64,000 bases of DNA from Candidatus Eiseniibacteriota bacterium (GCA_963725865.1 CAVSAC010000012.1:448001-512000), one strand, 5' to 3'. Positions 29,121 through 39,608 are shown, counted from the first letter of the stretch. Translations and numbers: made by a program. The notes: generated by a model from the letters alone, not told the origin.

Positions 29121-29148
29121 GCCGGCCCCGCCCTTCGACGGGGCCGGC
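29121..29148 (-). terminator. GC hairpin downstream of the HAF-repeat gene, possible terminator
   Basis: 10-bp stem GCCGGCCCCG/CGGGGCCGGC with an 8-nt loop; U-tract is weak. Confidence 0.4.
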
Positions 29149-29251
29149 CCGACACGGCGCGGGGTGGCGCCATGTTCATCGCGCGACCGTCGCGATCGGG
29201 GGCTGCACCGCGCTCGGGGCGCGGCCATCGCGACCGGGGGCCGCGCCCGGA

Positions 29252-30670
29252 TCAGCGCGCGAGCATCACGCGCTGTACGACGCTCGTGCCCTCGCTCGTG
29301 AGCCGCGCGAGGTACAGGCCGGCGCCCACCGCGCGGCCGCTCGCGTCACGCCCGTCCCACACGCGGTCGTGCGCGCCGGCCGGCAGCGCGTCGTCGACGA
29401 GTGTCGCGACCCGCCGACCGCCGATGTCGAACAGCACCAGCTGCGCGCGACCCGCGCTCGGCAGCGTGAAGCGCAGGCGAGTGCTCGCGCGCATCGGGTT
29501 CGGCATCGGGCGCGCGAGCGCGAGTCCGCCGCCGAGCGCGGCGCGCGGCGCGCCCGCCGTCGGCAGCGGCACCAGAGCGGCGACCCGCGAGAATCCGCCG
29601 AACTGCCCGATCACCACCACCACGCCATCGGCGCCGACCACATGCGCCTGCTCCAGCGTCCAGCCCGCGCCGGATGCGTCCGTCGCGGCCGCCAGGTCGA
29701 TCGGGACGCCGTTCTCCCAGAGCTCGGCGTGGTAGGCGCTCGGTCCCGCCGGGAACGAGTACGTGAAGCTACTGCCCGTGACGATCGCTCCGGTAGGATC
29801 GACTCCGAGCGCGGTGCTCGCGTTGTCGCCCACCAGCGGAGCGAGCGGCGTGAGCGTGTGCGCGGGATCGGCGCTCCACAGCGCGCCCAGCGAGTAGCCG
29901 AATGACTGATACAGCGTGCCCACCACGTGGCCGGCGTCGTTGAGCGCCTCCGGCAGGCAGTCCACCGCGTCCGCGGGCGGCAGGATCTCGGTCGGGGTGC
30001 GCGCGGCGTCGTTGTCCCAGAGGATCGGGTGCGGGACGTCGAACAGGAATCGCGCGGTGCGGCCGAGAATGCGGCCGCTCTCGTTCATGCCGACGCCAAA
30101 CGTCCAGCCGTTGCTGTCGGCGCCGAACGGCAGCGGCAGGATGGTGCGATTGAAGCGCCCGGGATGGTTGGCGTCCTCCTCCCACATCACCGCCCGCCAC
30201 GACTTCACATTGCCCGAGCCCGAGCCGGTGCGCGATCCGCTGATGAGCCCGGCGGAGTTCACGCCGAGCGCGTAGAGGTTCGCGGAGCCGTCGGCGCCGC
30301 GCTCCAGGTCGAGCGGCGCGCCGTCGCGCCACAGCGTCGCGCGCGGCGGCGCGACCGAGGTGTTGCTGCTGCCGACCACGGTTCCACCGGCGCTGATCGC
30401 GAGCCCCGCGCCCTGGGTGCCGCCGGGCAGCAGGCCGATGTCCTGCACGGTGTAGCCACCGGCGCCGTCGGGCGTCCATGTCACGGCGCTCGAGGTCACG
30501 CCCTCGCCGCTCGAGCCCACGATCGCGCCGTTGGCGCCGATCGCGTAGGCGAACGTGACGTGGGTGCCGGGCAGCGTCGGCAGCGGAACGAGACGGTAGC
30601 GGGGGGCGGCGCTCGCGGAGGTCGCGAGCAGGAGGGAAAGGAGGGCGGCGACGAGGCGGCGCTGCGGCAT
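29252..30670 (-). CDS. Secreted HAF-repeat protein with FlgD/T9SS-like C-terminal domain
   Basis: Signal peptide (ASA/), repeated A.(A/G)(I/V)N..G.(I/V)VG...A..W units, and a PNP...FDIGGRRVATL...WDGRD..G...GAGLYLARL tail. Confidence 0.82.
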   Translation of the reverse strand: MPQRRLVAALLSLLLATSASAAPRYRLVPLPTLPGTHVTFAYAIGANGAIVGSSGEGVTSSAVTWTPDGAGGYTVQDIGLLPGGTQGAGLAISAGGTVVGSSNTSVAPPRATLWRDGAPLDLERGADGSANLYALGVNSAGLISGSRTGSGSGNVKSWRAVMWEEDANHPGRFNRTILPLPFGADSNGWTFGVGMNESGRILGRTARFLFDVPHPILWDNDAARTPTEILPPADAVDCLPEALNDAGHVVGTLYQSFGYSLGALWSADPAHTLTPLAPLVGDNASTALGVDPTGAIVTGSSFTYSFPAGPSAYHAELWENGVPIDLAAATDASGAGWTLEQAHVVGADGVVVVIGQFGGFSRVAALVPLPTAGAPRAALGGGLALARPMPNPMRASTRLRFTLPSAGRAQLVLFDIGGRRVATLVDDALPAGAHDRVWDGRDASGRAVGAGLYLARLTSEGTSVVQRVMLAR

Positions 30671-30842
30671 GGCGAGATCCTCGGGTTCGAGTCCTGAGCC
30701 CGATGGGGGAGGCATCGCGGCTCGCCAGCGGGAGGTCGGCTCCCGGCTTTGTCGCCATCAGAGGTGGAGGAGTTGGGCGTCCTGATACACGACGGGCGGA
30801 GTGGACCGAAGTCCGCCCCGCCCGCGCGTGATCGCCCGCGAC

Positions 30843-33800
30843 TCAGGGCAGTCGCACGATGCGCGTCACGCGGGTCGCCACGCCGGCGGAGCCCTCGATC
30901 AACGCGCGTGCGAATCCGATGCCGCCCGGGGGCAGCGCATCGGCAGGCGCGGCGAATCGATGCCGTCCGACCGGCAGCGGCCCGTCCGCGAGCATCGCCA
31001 GTCGCCGGCCGCCGAGGTCGAACAGCTCGAGCCGCACGCGGCTCGCCTCGGGCAGCGACAGCTCGAGCGCCGGCGTGTGGCCCGGCGAGTCGAGCGGCGC
31101 GAGGGCCAGCGCCTGCGGACCGGCGAGGCCGGGCCCGCCGGGCACGTCCGCGAAGCCGGGCTGCACCACCAGCCACACCTGGTTGCCGTTGTAGTGGGCG
31201 GCGAACTTGCCGAGCGCCGCACCTCCGCCGAGCGTCAGGTTCGCGAACGTGCCGACCCGGGTGCCGGCGGTCATCACCAGGAAGCTGTCACCCGGGACGG
31301 CGTTGTAGTTCGCGAGGATCCGGATGTCGAGCGTGCCGCCGAGCGTCGCGGTGCCGGAGATCGACACCAGGTCGCCCTGCGCGATCGTGTGGTCGCCGAG
31401 CTCGATCTCGACCACGCCGCTCGGCTGCACGGTGAGCGAGAGCGCGGTGAGCTGCCCGGCGCCCGGGCCCGGACGCATGCGGCCCGAGAGGTCGACGGGC
31501 ATGGTGATGGTGCCGTTGCCGGAGAGCAGGCCGTTGGTGAGGATCTGCAGCGGCGCGCTGGTGGAAGTGGACAGCAGGCCGCCGCCCACCGCGACCTCGC
31601 CGTTGACCTGTGCTCCGAGCGTGGTGTTGAAGTCCACCGTCGCGGCCGCGGCATCGAGCTTGCCGTCGATCTTCATGAGCTGGGCGGCACCGCTGCCGAG
31701 GTGGAGTGTCGCGGTCGGCGCGACCGAGGCACCGGCGTCGACCGTGACCGGGGCGAGGATCGAGCCGCCGCCGGTGAAGCCGCCGCCCGAGAGGAAGCGG
31801 ATGAGCGTGCCTTGCGTGTGCTGGCCAGTGCCGGTCAATGTGCCGCCGAACGACAGGCCGGCCCCATCGGCGTAGATCGAGCCCAGGTTGGTCACCGGTC
31901 CCTGCACCGTGCCGCTGCCCTTCAGGTAGCGGTTGAGCTCGACGTTGATGCCGCTGGCCGGCCCGCGCAACGTGCCGCCCGACATCGACACGGTCCCCAC
32001 GATGGCGTGGTAGGCGGAGCGCAGCGTGACGTCCTGCGCGCCCACGTCGAGCTTGCCGCGCATGATGTAGCCGGTCGAGTCCGCGGCATCGCCCAGCAGC
32101 AGAGGCGAGCCCGTCGCGGTCACCACGCTGAGCGAGTCGAGCGTGTCCCAGACGATGCTGCTCACGTCGCCGGAGCCGGTGATACGGCCGCCGCCGTTCA
32201 TGTCGAGCACTCCTCCTGTGACGATCCCGCCCGCCAGGTCGAGGGTGCCTCGGTGGTAGAAGAACAACGTATTGTGCACCTCGCCTCCGTTGGTCACGTG
32301 CAGAACCGCGGGAGCCCAGAGCGTCGCGGAGTCGCCCGGCTTGTCGAGCCACAGTTTCGCGCCGCTCGTCACGGTGCACGCGCTCGCCGCTCCGCTGCTG
32401 CCCGCCACCAGGCCCGACATCACGAAGTCGCCGATCACGTGCGCGTCGGTGCCGGCATCGGTGAGCGTGACGAACCCCGAGCCGCCCGCCTGCGAGCTGA
32501 CGTTGAGTCCGGCGAACGTGCCCTGGCCGCCGCCGTCCATGAGCAGGAACCCGTGCCCGGCGCGGCCCACGATCAGGTCCTGGTCCGTGACGAGCGTGCC
32601 GCCGCCGCCGACCTCGAGCGTGCCGTCTCCGCCGGCGCTGGTCCCGACCCACGCCAGCTTGTCGTGCACGGTGAGCGTGGAGCCGCCCAGCACGTTCAGC
32701 CGGCCCTTCGCGGTGCCGCCGACCTCGAGCGCGGGCACGGTTGCGGAGTTGAGCGCGCAGTCGCTGCCCGCCAGCAGCTCGACCGTCGGCGTGCCGGTGG
32801 CGCTGTTGATTCGCAGCGGATCGCCGGTCAGGTCGAACGTGCCGCCGGTGATCTGCAGCTTGCCGCCGTGGAGCAGCAGCTCGGTCGCGGGCGCTCCCAC
32901 GTGCAGGTCGTGGGTCGCGAAGCGCCCGCCCTCCTCGACCGTGAGCGTCCCCAGCCCCCCGGGCGTGTCGTCGTAGGTCCACGTCTCGCCGGTCACGTCC
33001 ATCGCGGACTCGCTGCCCACGCTCACGGATCCCGTCCCGGCGGCGGTGCCCGCGACATCGTTGCGAGCGATCCACAGATCGCCGTCGATGGAGACGCGCG
33101 CGCTGTCGATCGGATCGCCGCCGGCCAGGCTGAGCGAGCCCGTGAGCCCGGCGGTCTCGCCGATGCGGAAGTCGCGGATCGCCGTCAGCAGTCCGCCGTC
33201 CTGCACCTGCACGCTCCCCGTCCCGTCGGTGCCGAGGTGCACGTAGTACGTGGGGATGTTCGACTCGATCGTCAGCATCGATCGGCGCAACGTTCCCGAG
33301 CCCTGGACGAGGACCGTGCCCGATCCGCCCCCGATGTACGGGACGGCGAAGATGCCGGGCACGGTGAGCGAGCCGCCATTGATCACGTTCAGCGTGCCGC
33401 TCCCGGTGGAGCCGCCGACGAACACCGGGCTCGACGCACCGGAGATGCTCACGTTGGTGGAGGAGCCGGAGACCTCGAACGTCCCGTTGCTGCCCGCGGT
33501 CGAGCCCGCCCGGATGCCGTTGACGCTCACGAGCGTGCCCGAGGCCACCCGCAGCGTGGGCAGGTTCGTGCCGCTCGAGATCAGCACGTCGTTCGTGGTG
33601 TGCGCGGTCGGGAACGCGAACTGCAGGTCGCCGTTCGACACCCAGAGCTGGTTCGAAGCCGGGGCGTTCGCTCCGAACGTCACGTTGTACGTGCCGGCCA
33701 CGTCGAATCGCAGGTTGTCGGCGGCGGTCGGGACCTGCGCGGGATTCCAGTTGGCGGAGACGCCGGCGAAGCCGCCGGCGCCGTTGATCCAGTCCAAGGG

Positions 33801-33899
33801 GACCGCGTTGGCTGCCGGCGGGCCGAGCGTGGCGAGGAAGAACAGCCACGCGAGCGTGCGAGGCCATGGGCGGACGAGGGTACGAGGCGCGTAGCGCAT
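30843..33899 (-). CDS. Secreted Gly-rich beta-helix/passenger-like protein (T5SS/PEP-CTERM-associated-type repeats) with degenerate FlgD-like tail
   Basis: Signal peptide (ANA/), NW.P..VP motif, repeated G...G.GTL.V..GG units, C-terminal LELFDLGGRRLA.L...GRH; no autotransporter barrel. Confidence 0.8.
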   Translation of the reverse strand: MRYAPRTLVRPWPRTLAWLFFLATLGPPAANAVPLDWINGAGGFAGVSANWNPAQVPTAADNLRFDVAGTYNVTFGANAPASNQLWVSNGDLQFAFPTAHTTNDVLISSGTNLPTLRVASGTLVSVNGIRAGSTAGSNGTFEVSGSSTNVSISGASSPVFVGGSTGSGTLNVINGGSLTVPGIFAVPYIGGGSGTVLVQGSGTLRRSMLTIESNIPTYYVHLGTDGTGSVQVQDGGLLTAIRDFRIGETAGLTGSLSLAGGDPIDSARVSIDGDLWIARNDVAGTAAGTGSVSVGSESAMDVTGETWTYDDTPGGLGTLTVEEGGRFATHDLHVGAPATELLLHGGKLQITGGTFDLTGDPLRINSATGTPTVELLAGSDCALNSATVPALEVGGTAKGRLNVLGGSTLTVHDKLAWVGTSAGGDGTLEVGGGGTLVTDQDLIVGRAGHGFLLMDGGGQGTFAGLNVSSQAGGSGFVTLTDAGTDAHVIGDFVMSGLVAGSSGAASACTVTSGAKLWLDKPGDSATLWAPAVLHVTNGGEVHNTLFFYHRGTLDLAGGIVTGGVLDMNGGGRITGSGDVSSIVWDTLDSLSVVTATGSPLLLGDAADSTGYIMRGKLDVGAQDVTLRSAYHAIVGTVSMSGGTLRGPASGINVELNRYLKGSGTVQGPVTNLGSIYADGAGLSFGGTLTGTGQHTQGTLIRFLSGGGFTGGGSILAPVTVDAGASVAPTATLHLGSGAAQLMKIDGKLDAAAATVDFNTTLGAQVNGEVAVGGGLLSTSTSAPLQILTNGLLSGNGTITMPVDLSGRMRPGPGAGQLTALSLTVQPSGVVEIELGDHTIAQGDLVSISGTATLGGTLDIRILANYNAVPGDSFLVMTAGTRVGTFANLTLGGGAALGKFAAHYNGNQVWLVVQPGFADVPGGPGLAGPQALALAPLDSPGHTPALELSLPEASRVRLELFDLGGRRLAMLADGPLPVGRHRFAAPADALPPGGIGFARALIEGSAGVATRVTRIVRLP

Positions 33900-34145
33900 G
33901 ACATCCTCCGGAGCCGGCGGCCGCCTGGATGCGGGGGGCCCGGCCGGGGCAGGCGAGTCGGGGAGGGGCGCACCCACTCGCGCCGGACCGAACCCGGGTT
34001 CGGAGGGTTTGGCGTCGGAGTCCCGCGGGATCGGACATGCCGCCCGCCTCGCGTGGCCGCGGGTGGGTGGGCGGCGGGCGAGCGGCGCGTGGACCGGCGC
34101 GCCCACGGTGACCCGCGGGGCCGCGGGCGGGCGCGTGCAACCGGG

Positions 34146-36900
34146 TCAGCGCCCGGCGGCGAGGCTCGCTCTCGCACGCGCCACCAGCGCGACGGGCGCG
34201 TAGCCCCAGCGCTCGCAGCCGGCGAGCGACTCGCGCAGGCGGGCGCGGTCTCCGGGTCCGCCCGGCGCGCCGCGCGCCAGTTGATCGCCGCAGTGGGCAC
34301 AGGCGAACAGCGGATGACTCGGCGGGACGAACGAGTCCACCACCGCGACCGCCCGCGCGAACGCCGCCGCCGCCTCGCCCGGCAGCGCGCGGTCGGGGCG
34401 CGCGAGTGCGGCGCTGCCCAGCTCGACCAGGCTCTGCGCGATCATCGCATGCGCGTTCGGCCGCTTGCGCTGGATCACCTCGATCCACGGGCGCAGCGCG
34501 GCCGGATCGGGCCGGTGCGCGCGCGCCGCCTCGATCGCCGCCAAGCGCAGGCGCAGGAACGCGTCCTCGGCCGAGGCCTCGTAGCGCCCGGCCGCCATCA
34601 CGTGCAGCGCGTGCTCCGCATGAGCGGCGCCCTCGGCGTCGCGGCCGGCGCGCATCAGCGCCACCACCAGGTAACGCTCGACCCCCACCGAGGAGTGCGC
34701 GTCGGGCCCGAAGATCGACACCAGGATCTCGTGCGAGGCGGCCAGCGTGTCCGCGGCCTCCGCCGGGCGTCCAAGCTCGTCGAGGTTCTGGCCGATGCTG
34801 AGCAGGCTCGAGGCGACCGGCGTGGTACGCGGTCCCACGATGCGGCGGCGGATGCCGACCAGCTCGGTCTGCATGCGCATGGACTCGGCGAAATGGCCGA
34901 CCAGCGCCTCGCACTCGGCGATGTTCTTGCGCACCAGCAGGCGGTCGGGATGGTCGGGCGGCAGCAGGCGCTGCACCAGCACCAGCGACTGGTCGAAGTA
35001 CCGGCGCGCGGTCGCGATCTCGCCGCGGCCGGCGTAGTAGCCGCCCAGGGCGCTCAGCGACGATGCGACCGCAATCGATCCGCCGGGAGACAGCCGGCGC
35101 CGGATCGCGAGCGCACCCTCGAGCAGGCTCAGGCGCTGCCCGCGGTCGGCGCTCATGTTGCCGAGCCGCTCCATCGCCTCCGCGACGTGCTCGTCGTTGG
35201 GCCCGTAGCGCTTCCGGTTGGCAGCGAGCCACGCGCGGAGCAGGGGCTCGGCGACGTCCACGCCCTCGAGGCGCGCGCTCAGCATCGCCTGGTCGCCCTG
35301 GACGCGCAGCGCCAGATCGTCGTCGTGCGCCTCGCGCGCGGCGGCGAGCGCCTTGTCGAGTGCCGCGCGCTGCTCCTGCAGCTCGCTGCGCGAGCCGTGG
35401 ATCGACGCCACCGCCTCCCACAGGCGGCTGCGGATCAGCGGCTGGTCCTCGATGCGGTCGATGCGCTGCTCGGCCATCCGCAGCAGGTCCGCCACCCGCA
35501 GCGTGTCGCCGCCCGGCACCGAACGCGGATCGCTGACCTGGAACAGATCCACCAGCACCGACAGCGCACGCTCCGAGCGCGCCTGCTCCGCGCGCGCGCG
35601 GTCGCGCTCGAGCGCGATGCGGCGCGCCTGCCCGGTCGCCACCACGCCGAACGCGAGCAACGAGAGCGCCAGCGCGAGTCCGGCCGCCACGCCGACGCGG
35701 TGGCGGCGCGCGAACTTGCCGAGCCGGTAGCGCGCCGAATCGGGGCGCGCCTGCACCGGCAGCCCGCGCAGGTGGCAGTCGATGTCCTCGGCGAGCTGGT
35801 CGGCCGAGTGGTACCGCCGCGCGGGCTCCTTGCGCAGCGCGTTGAGCACGATCGCGTCGAGGTCGCCGCGCAGCGCGCGCGCCAGCGCGGCGGGCGTGGT
35901 GGCGCGGGCGGCCGCCCGCGCCGCGTCCTCGGCGCGACCCGCGGCGTCGTCGCCGCCGTCCGCCAGCTCGCTCGGCCGCCGCGGCTCGTGCTCCAGCACC
36001 AGCCGCTCGATCTCGGTGGCGGTGGTGCCGGTGGGGCGGAACGGGCGCCGGCCGACCAGCAGCTCGTGCAGCAGCACGCCGAGCCCCCACACGTCGGTCG
36101 CGGTGGTGATCGCCCCGCCGCGCAGCTGCTCGGGGGCGGCGTACTCGGGCGTCAGCAGGCGGTCGTCCGCCCGGGTGCGCAGCGCGGCGTCCTCGTCGTG
36201 GTCGAGCAGCTTGGCGACGCCGAAGTCGAGCAGCACCGGCCGGCCGGCGGCGGTGACCAGGATGTTCGCCGGCTTGAGATCGCGGTGGATCACGAGGTTC
36301 GCGTGCGCGAACCGCACCGCGTCGCAGACCTGAGCGAACAGTCGCAGCCGCTCGCGCACCGGCAGCCGGCGCGCGTCGCACCAGGCGTTGAGCGGCTCGC
36401 CCTCGACGAACTCCATCGCGAGGTACGGCTCGCCGTCCGCGGTGGCGCCGCCGTCGAGCAGTCGCGCGATGTTCGGGTGTTCCAGCCGCGCGAGCACCTG
36501 GCGCTCGCGGCGGAAGCGCGCGATCAGCTCGTCCGGGCGCCAGCCGGCGCGCACGCGCTTGATCGCGGCGCGCTGCTCGTAGGCGCCGTCGGCTCGCTCG
36601 GCTAGCCACACGTCGCCCATGCCGCCGCGCCCGAGCAGGCGCACCAGGCGCCACGCCCCGAATCGAGCGCCGACCTGCGCGTCCGCGCCGGGTTCCGCGG
36701 CCGGCGTCTCGGACAGCAGCGCGTCTTCGATCCGCAGGCCGGTGGTCGCGGAGTCGTGCCTCGAGCATCGCCGCGACCTCGCGCCGAAGCGCGGCGTCGC
36801 CGACGCACGCATCGTCGAGATAGGCCGCGCGCTCGCCCGGCGGACGCTCGAGCGCGGCATGGAAGATCGCTTCGATCGACTCCCAGGTATCCGGATCCAT
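34146..36900 (-). CDS. Ser/Thr kinase-TPR protein with one apparent frameshift near 36759
   Basis: The natural start MDPDTWESIEAIFHAALE is out of frame with the kinase body (GRGGMG, HRDLKPAN, DFG, YAAPE). The span is 3n+1. Confidence 0.82.
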
Positions 36901-36952
36901 CGGGCCCTCGCGTCTCTGGCGTCGTCCGGACGGCGCGCCGGACATCCGGGGG

Positions 36953-37531
36953 TCATTCGGGCAGCGCGAGTCTCCGGGAGACCTCTTTGCGGAGCCAGGC
37001 GCGTGCGGCGACCCAGTCCCGCTGCACAGTCTTGGAGGAGAGCTGCAGCTGCTCGGCGATCTCCTCGACCGTGAGCCCCGAGAAGAACCGCCGCTCGACG
37101 ACGGTCGCGGCGCGAGGATCGGCGGCGGCGAGGCTCTGCAAGGCGTCCTCGAGCGCCAGGATCTCGTCGGCCTCCTCCTCGGACAGGAATGGCTCGGCCT
37201 GCTCGAGCGGTACCCGCTCCAGGTCGGCGCCGCCGCGCTTGAGCCGCTTGCGCGCGCGGGCGTAGTCGACCAGCACGCGCCGCATGGTGTTCGAGGCGAC
37301 GGCCAGGAACTGGGTGCGGCTGCCGGCCGGCAGGTGGTGCTGCTGCGCCAGCCGCAGGTAGGCTTCGTTGACGAGCGCGGTGGCGCTCAGCGTGTGCCCG
37401 GGGCGCTCGTGATGCAGCCGCTGGCGCGCGAGGCCGCGCAACTCGTCATAGAGCAGCCGCACGACGCGTTCGAGCGCGTCGTCATCGCCGTCCTGCAGGC
37501 GTCGGAGCCAGGCGGTGAGGTCGCCAGACAT
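36953..37531 (-). CDS. ECF sigma factor, kinase-associated type (TIGR02999/ECF43-like)
   Basis: LYDELRGLA...HTLSATALVNEAYLRL...MRRVLVDYAR...KRGG...RDWVAARAWL. Confidence 0.92.
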   Translation of the reverse strand: MSGDLTAWLRRLQDGDDDALERVVRLLYDELRGLARQRLHHERPGHTLSATALVNEAYLRLAQQHHLPAGSRTQFLAVASNTMRRVLVDYARARKRLKRGGADLERVPLEQAEPFLSEEEADEILALEDALQSLAAADPRAATVVERRFFSGLTVEEIAEQLQLSSKTVQRDWVAARAWLRKEVSRRLALPE

Positions 37532-37567
37532 GGGAGCAGGGCGCGGGGGGGGCCGCGGATCGGTCCT

Positions 37568-37954
37568 CTAGTACTCGGTGTACGACTTCTCGTCGAGCAG
37601 TTCGGAGCCCAGGGCCAGGTTCAGATCGCGCTTGATCGCGGAGCGCTTGTCGTTGGTGCGGTACACCGCGCGCGCCAGCTCCACGAAGTCGGAGTCGAAG
37701 CGCTGCTCGGATTCGCAGCGGCGGATGCGGTCCTCGATGTCCCACAGCGTGGCGTTGACCTGCTTGAGCGCCGCCACCACCGCGGCCACGTCGCTGCCGG
37801 CGAGCGGGGAGGCCTGCCAGGTCGCGCGCATCAGCTCCAGCTCGCGCCGCACGTTGGCGAGCTTGGCGGGATCGCTGATGCGCTCGAACTTGAGCTCGAG
37901 GATCGTGAGTCGATCGAGGAACTCGCCGGGAGCGGTCTGGACGTTCAGCAGCAT
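37568..37954 (-). CDS. DUF6165-like protein
   Basis: GEFLDRLTILELK...LWDIEDRIR...LARAVYRTND.R..IK...EKSY. Confidence 0.8.
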   Translation of the reverse strand: MLLNVQTAPGEFLDRLTILELKFERISDPAKLANVRRELELMRATWQASPLAGSDVAAVVAALKQVNATLWDIEDRIRRCESEQRFDSDFVELARAVYRTNDKRSAIKRDLNLALGSELLDEKSYTEY

Positions 37955-38180
37955 GCGATCTGGGCCTCGTCGGAGGATCCGGCTGGGGTCGTACGGCGCC
38001 TTGGGCGGGCATGATACACGAGCCGCCCCGCCGCCGGTGCCCGGAGTCGGCGGCGGCTTGTCTCCGGGCCACCGCTCGGGGCAGACTGGCGGTCAACCAC
38101 ATCGATCCCGCTGCTGACGGCCGGCCGCGTTCCGGTCCCGGGCGTGCCCGATCGCGACCTCACCCTCTTCAGGAACCGCC

Positions 38181-38903
38181 ATGGGACGCATCTTCGAGAC
38201 TCGCAAAGCCACGATGTTCGCCCGCTGGGACAAGATGTCCAAGGCCTTCGCCCGCATCGGCAAGGAGATCACGATCGCGGTCAAGGCGAGCGGGCCGCTC
38301 CCCGAGAACAACCCGACGCTGCGGCGCATCATGCAGAACGCGCGCGCGATCAACATGCCGAAGGACAAGGTCGAGTCGGCGATCAAGAAGGCCTCGGGCC
38401 AGGGCGGCGCGGACTACCAGGAGATCCTCTACGAGGGCTACGCGCCGCACGGCGTCGCGGTGATCGTCGAGGCCGCGACCGACAATCCCACCCGCACCGT
38501 CGCGAACATCCGGATGCACTTCAACAAGTACGGCGGCAACATGGGCAACACCGGCAGCGTCGCGTTCGCGTTCAAGCGCATGGGCGTGTTCCGCCTCAAG
38601 CCCGAAGGACTCGACGCGGAGTCGCTCGAGCTCGACCTGATCGACCACGGTCTCGAGGAGATGGGCGAGAGCACGAGCGACAAGGGCGAGCCCCAGATCG
38701 TGATCCGTTGCGGGTTCGCCGACTTCGGCCGCCTGCAGAAGGCGCTCGAGGATCGCAAGCTCACGCCGCTCTCGGCCGAGTCCGAGTACATCGCGCAGAC
38801 CCCGGCTTCGCTGCCCGAGGCGCAGGCCACCGAGGTGCTCAAGATGATCGACACGCTCGAGCAGGACGAAGACGTGCAGCGGGTCTTCCACAACCTGGGC
38901 TGA
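38181..38903 (+). CDS. yebC: YebC/PmpR family protein
   Basis: NP.LR...NMPKD...[17 protein letters not shown]...DVQRVFHN. Confidence 0.95.
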   Translation: MGRIFETRKATMFARWDKMSKAFARIGKEITIAVKASGPLPENNPTLRRIMQNARAINMPKDKVESAIKKASGQGGADYQEILYEGYAPHGVAVIVEAATDNPTRTVANIRMHFNKYGGNMGNTGSVAFAFKRMGVFRLKPEGLDAESLELDLIDHGLEEMGESTSDKGEPQIVIRCGFADFGRLQKALEDRKLTPLSAESEYIAQTPASLPEAQATEVLKMIDTLEQDEDVQRVFHNLG

Positions 38904-38992
38904 TGCGCTGCCGGCCCGCGGGGACGGCCCCCGCGCGGCGACCGCGACGCGCCGGGGGACCCCGGGCACGAACACCACGAGTGGAGGGTTCC

Positions 38993-39586
38993 ATGCGTGC
39001 ACCGCTGAGACGGTCGCTCGTCCTGCTGTCCATCACGCTCCCGCTCGCGCTGGGCGGCTGCGCCACGCTGAGCGAGCTGGCCGCGCTGCGGAGCGTGGAG
39101 TTCGCGTTCGACCGGGTCGGTGAGGTGCGCGTGGCGGGCGTCGCGATCGACGACCACACGCGTTACAGCGACCTGCGCGTCGGCGACCTGGCCCGGCTGG
39201 CGACCGCGGTCGCCAACAAGGACGTCCCGCTGGAGCTGATCGCCCACGTCCTCGCCACCAATCCCGGCCAGAACCGCGCCGCAGCGCGCCTCGTGGACAT
39301 GGGGTGGACGCTGTTCATCGAGGACCGCCGCACGCTCGACGGCACGCTCGGGAGCTCGTTCACGATCGCCCCCGGCGCCAGCGCCGACGTGCCGGTGTCG
39401 GTGCACCTGAATCTCATGGAGCTGGCAGGGGGCGGCGCGCGCGACGTGTTCGACCTGGCGCTCGCGATCGCCGGCGCGGGCGGCGCGCCGAAGGAGCTGC
39501 GCCTCGAGCTGCGACCGACCATCGACACCGCGCTCGGCCCGATCCGCTATCCCGCGCCGGTGGTGGTGAGGCGGGTGGTGGGCTAG
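38993..39586 (+). CDS. Lipoprotein, LEA_2/WHy-like fold
   Basis: GGAGG RBS, lipobox LGGC, NP...A.L..M.W.L.I pattern. Confidence 0.65.
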   Translation: MRAPLRRSLVLLSITLPLALGGCATLSELAALRSVEFAFDRVGEVRVAGVAIDDHTRYSDLRVGDLARLATAVANKDVPLELIAHVLATNPGQNRAAARLVDMGWTLFIEDRRTLDGTLGSSFTIAPGASADVPVSVHLNLMELAGGGARDVFDLALAIAGAGGAPKELRLELRPTIDTALGPIRYPAPVVVRRVVG

Positions 39587-39608
39587 CGGCGGCGGGAGCG
39601 CGCCGCGC

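Noticed and set aside
29095..29185. Possible hammerhead ribozyme (CTGATG near a three-way junction)
   Set aside because: The required CUGAnGA and GAAA core elements are absent.
27299..29251. IS-type boundaries (terminal inverted repeats or target-site duplication) around the HNH gene
   Set aside because: I found none by eye and there is no transposase, so it is not annotated as a mobile element.
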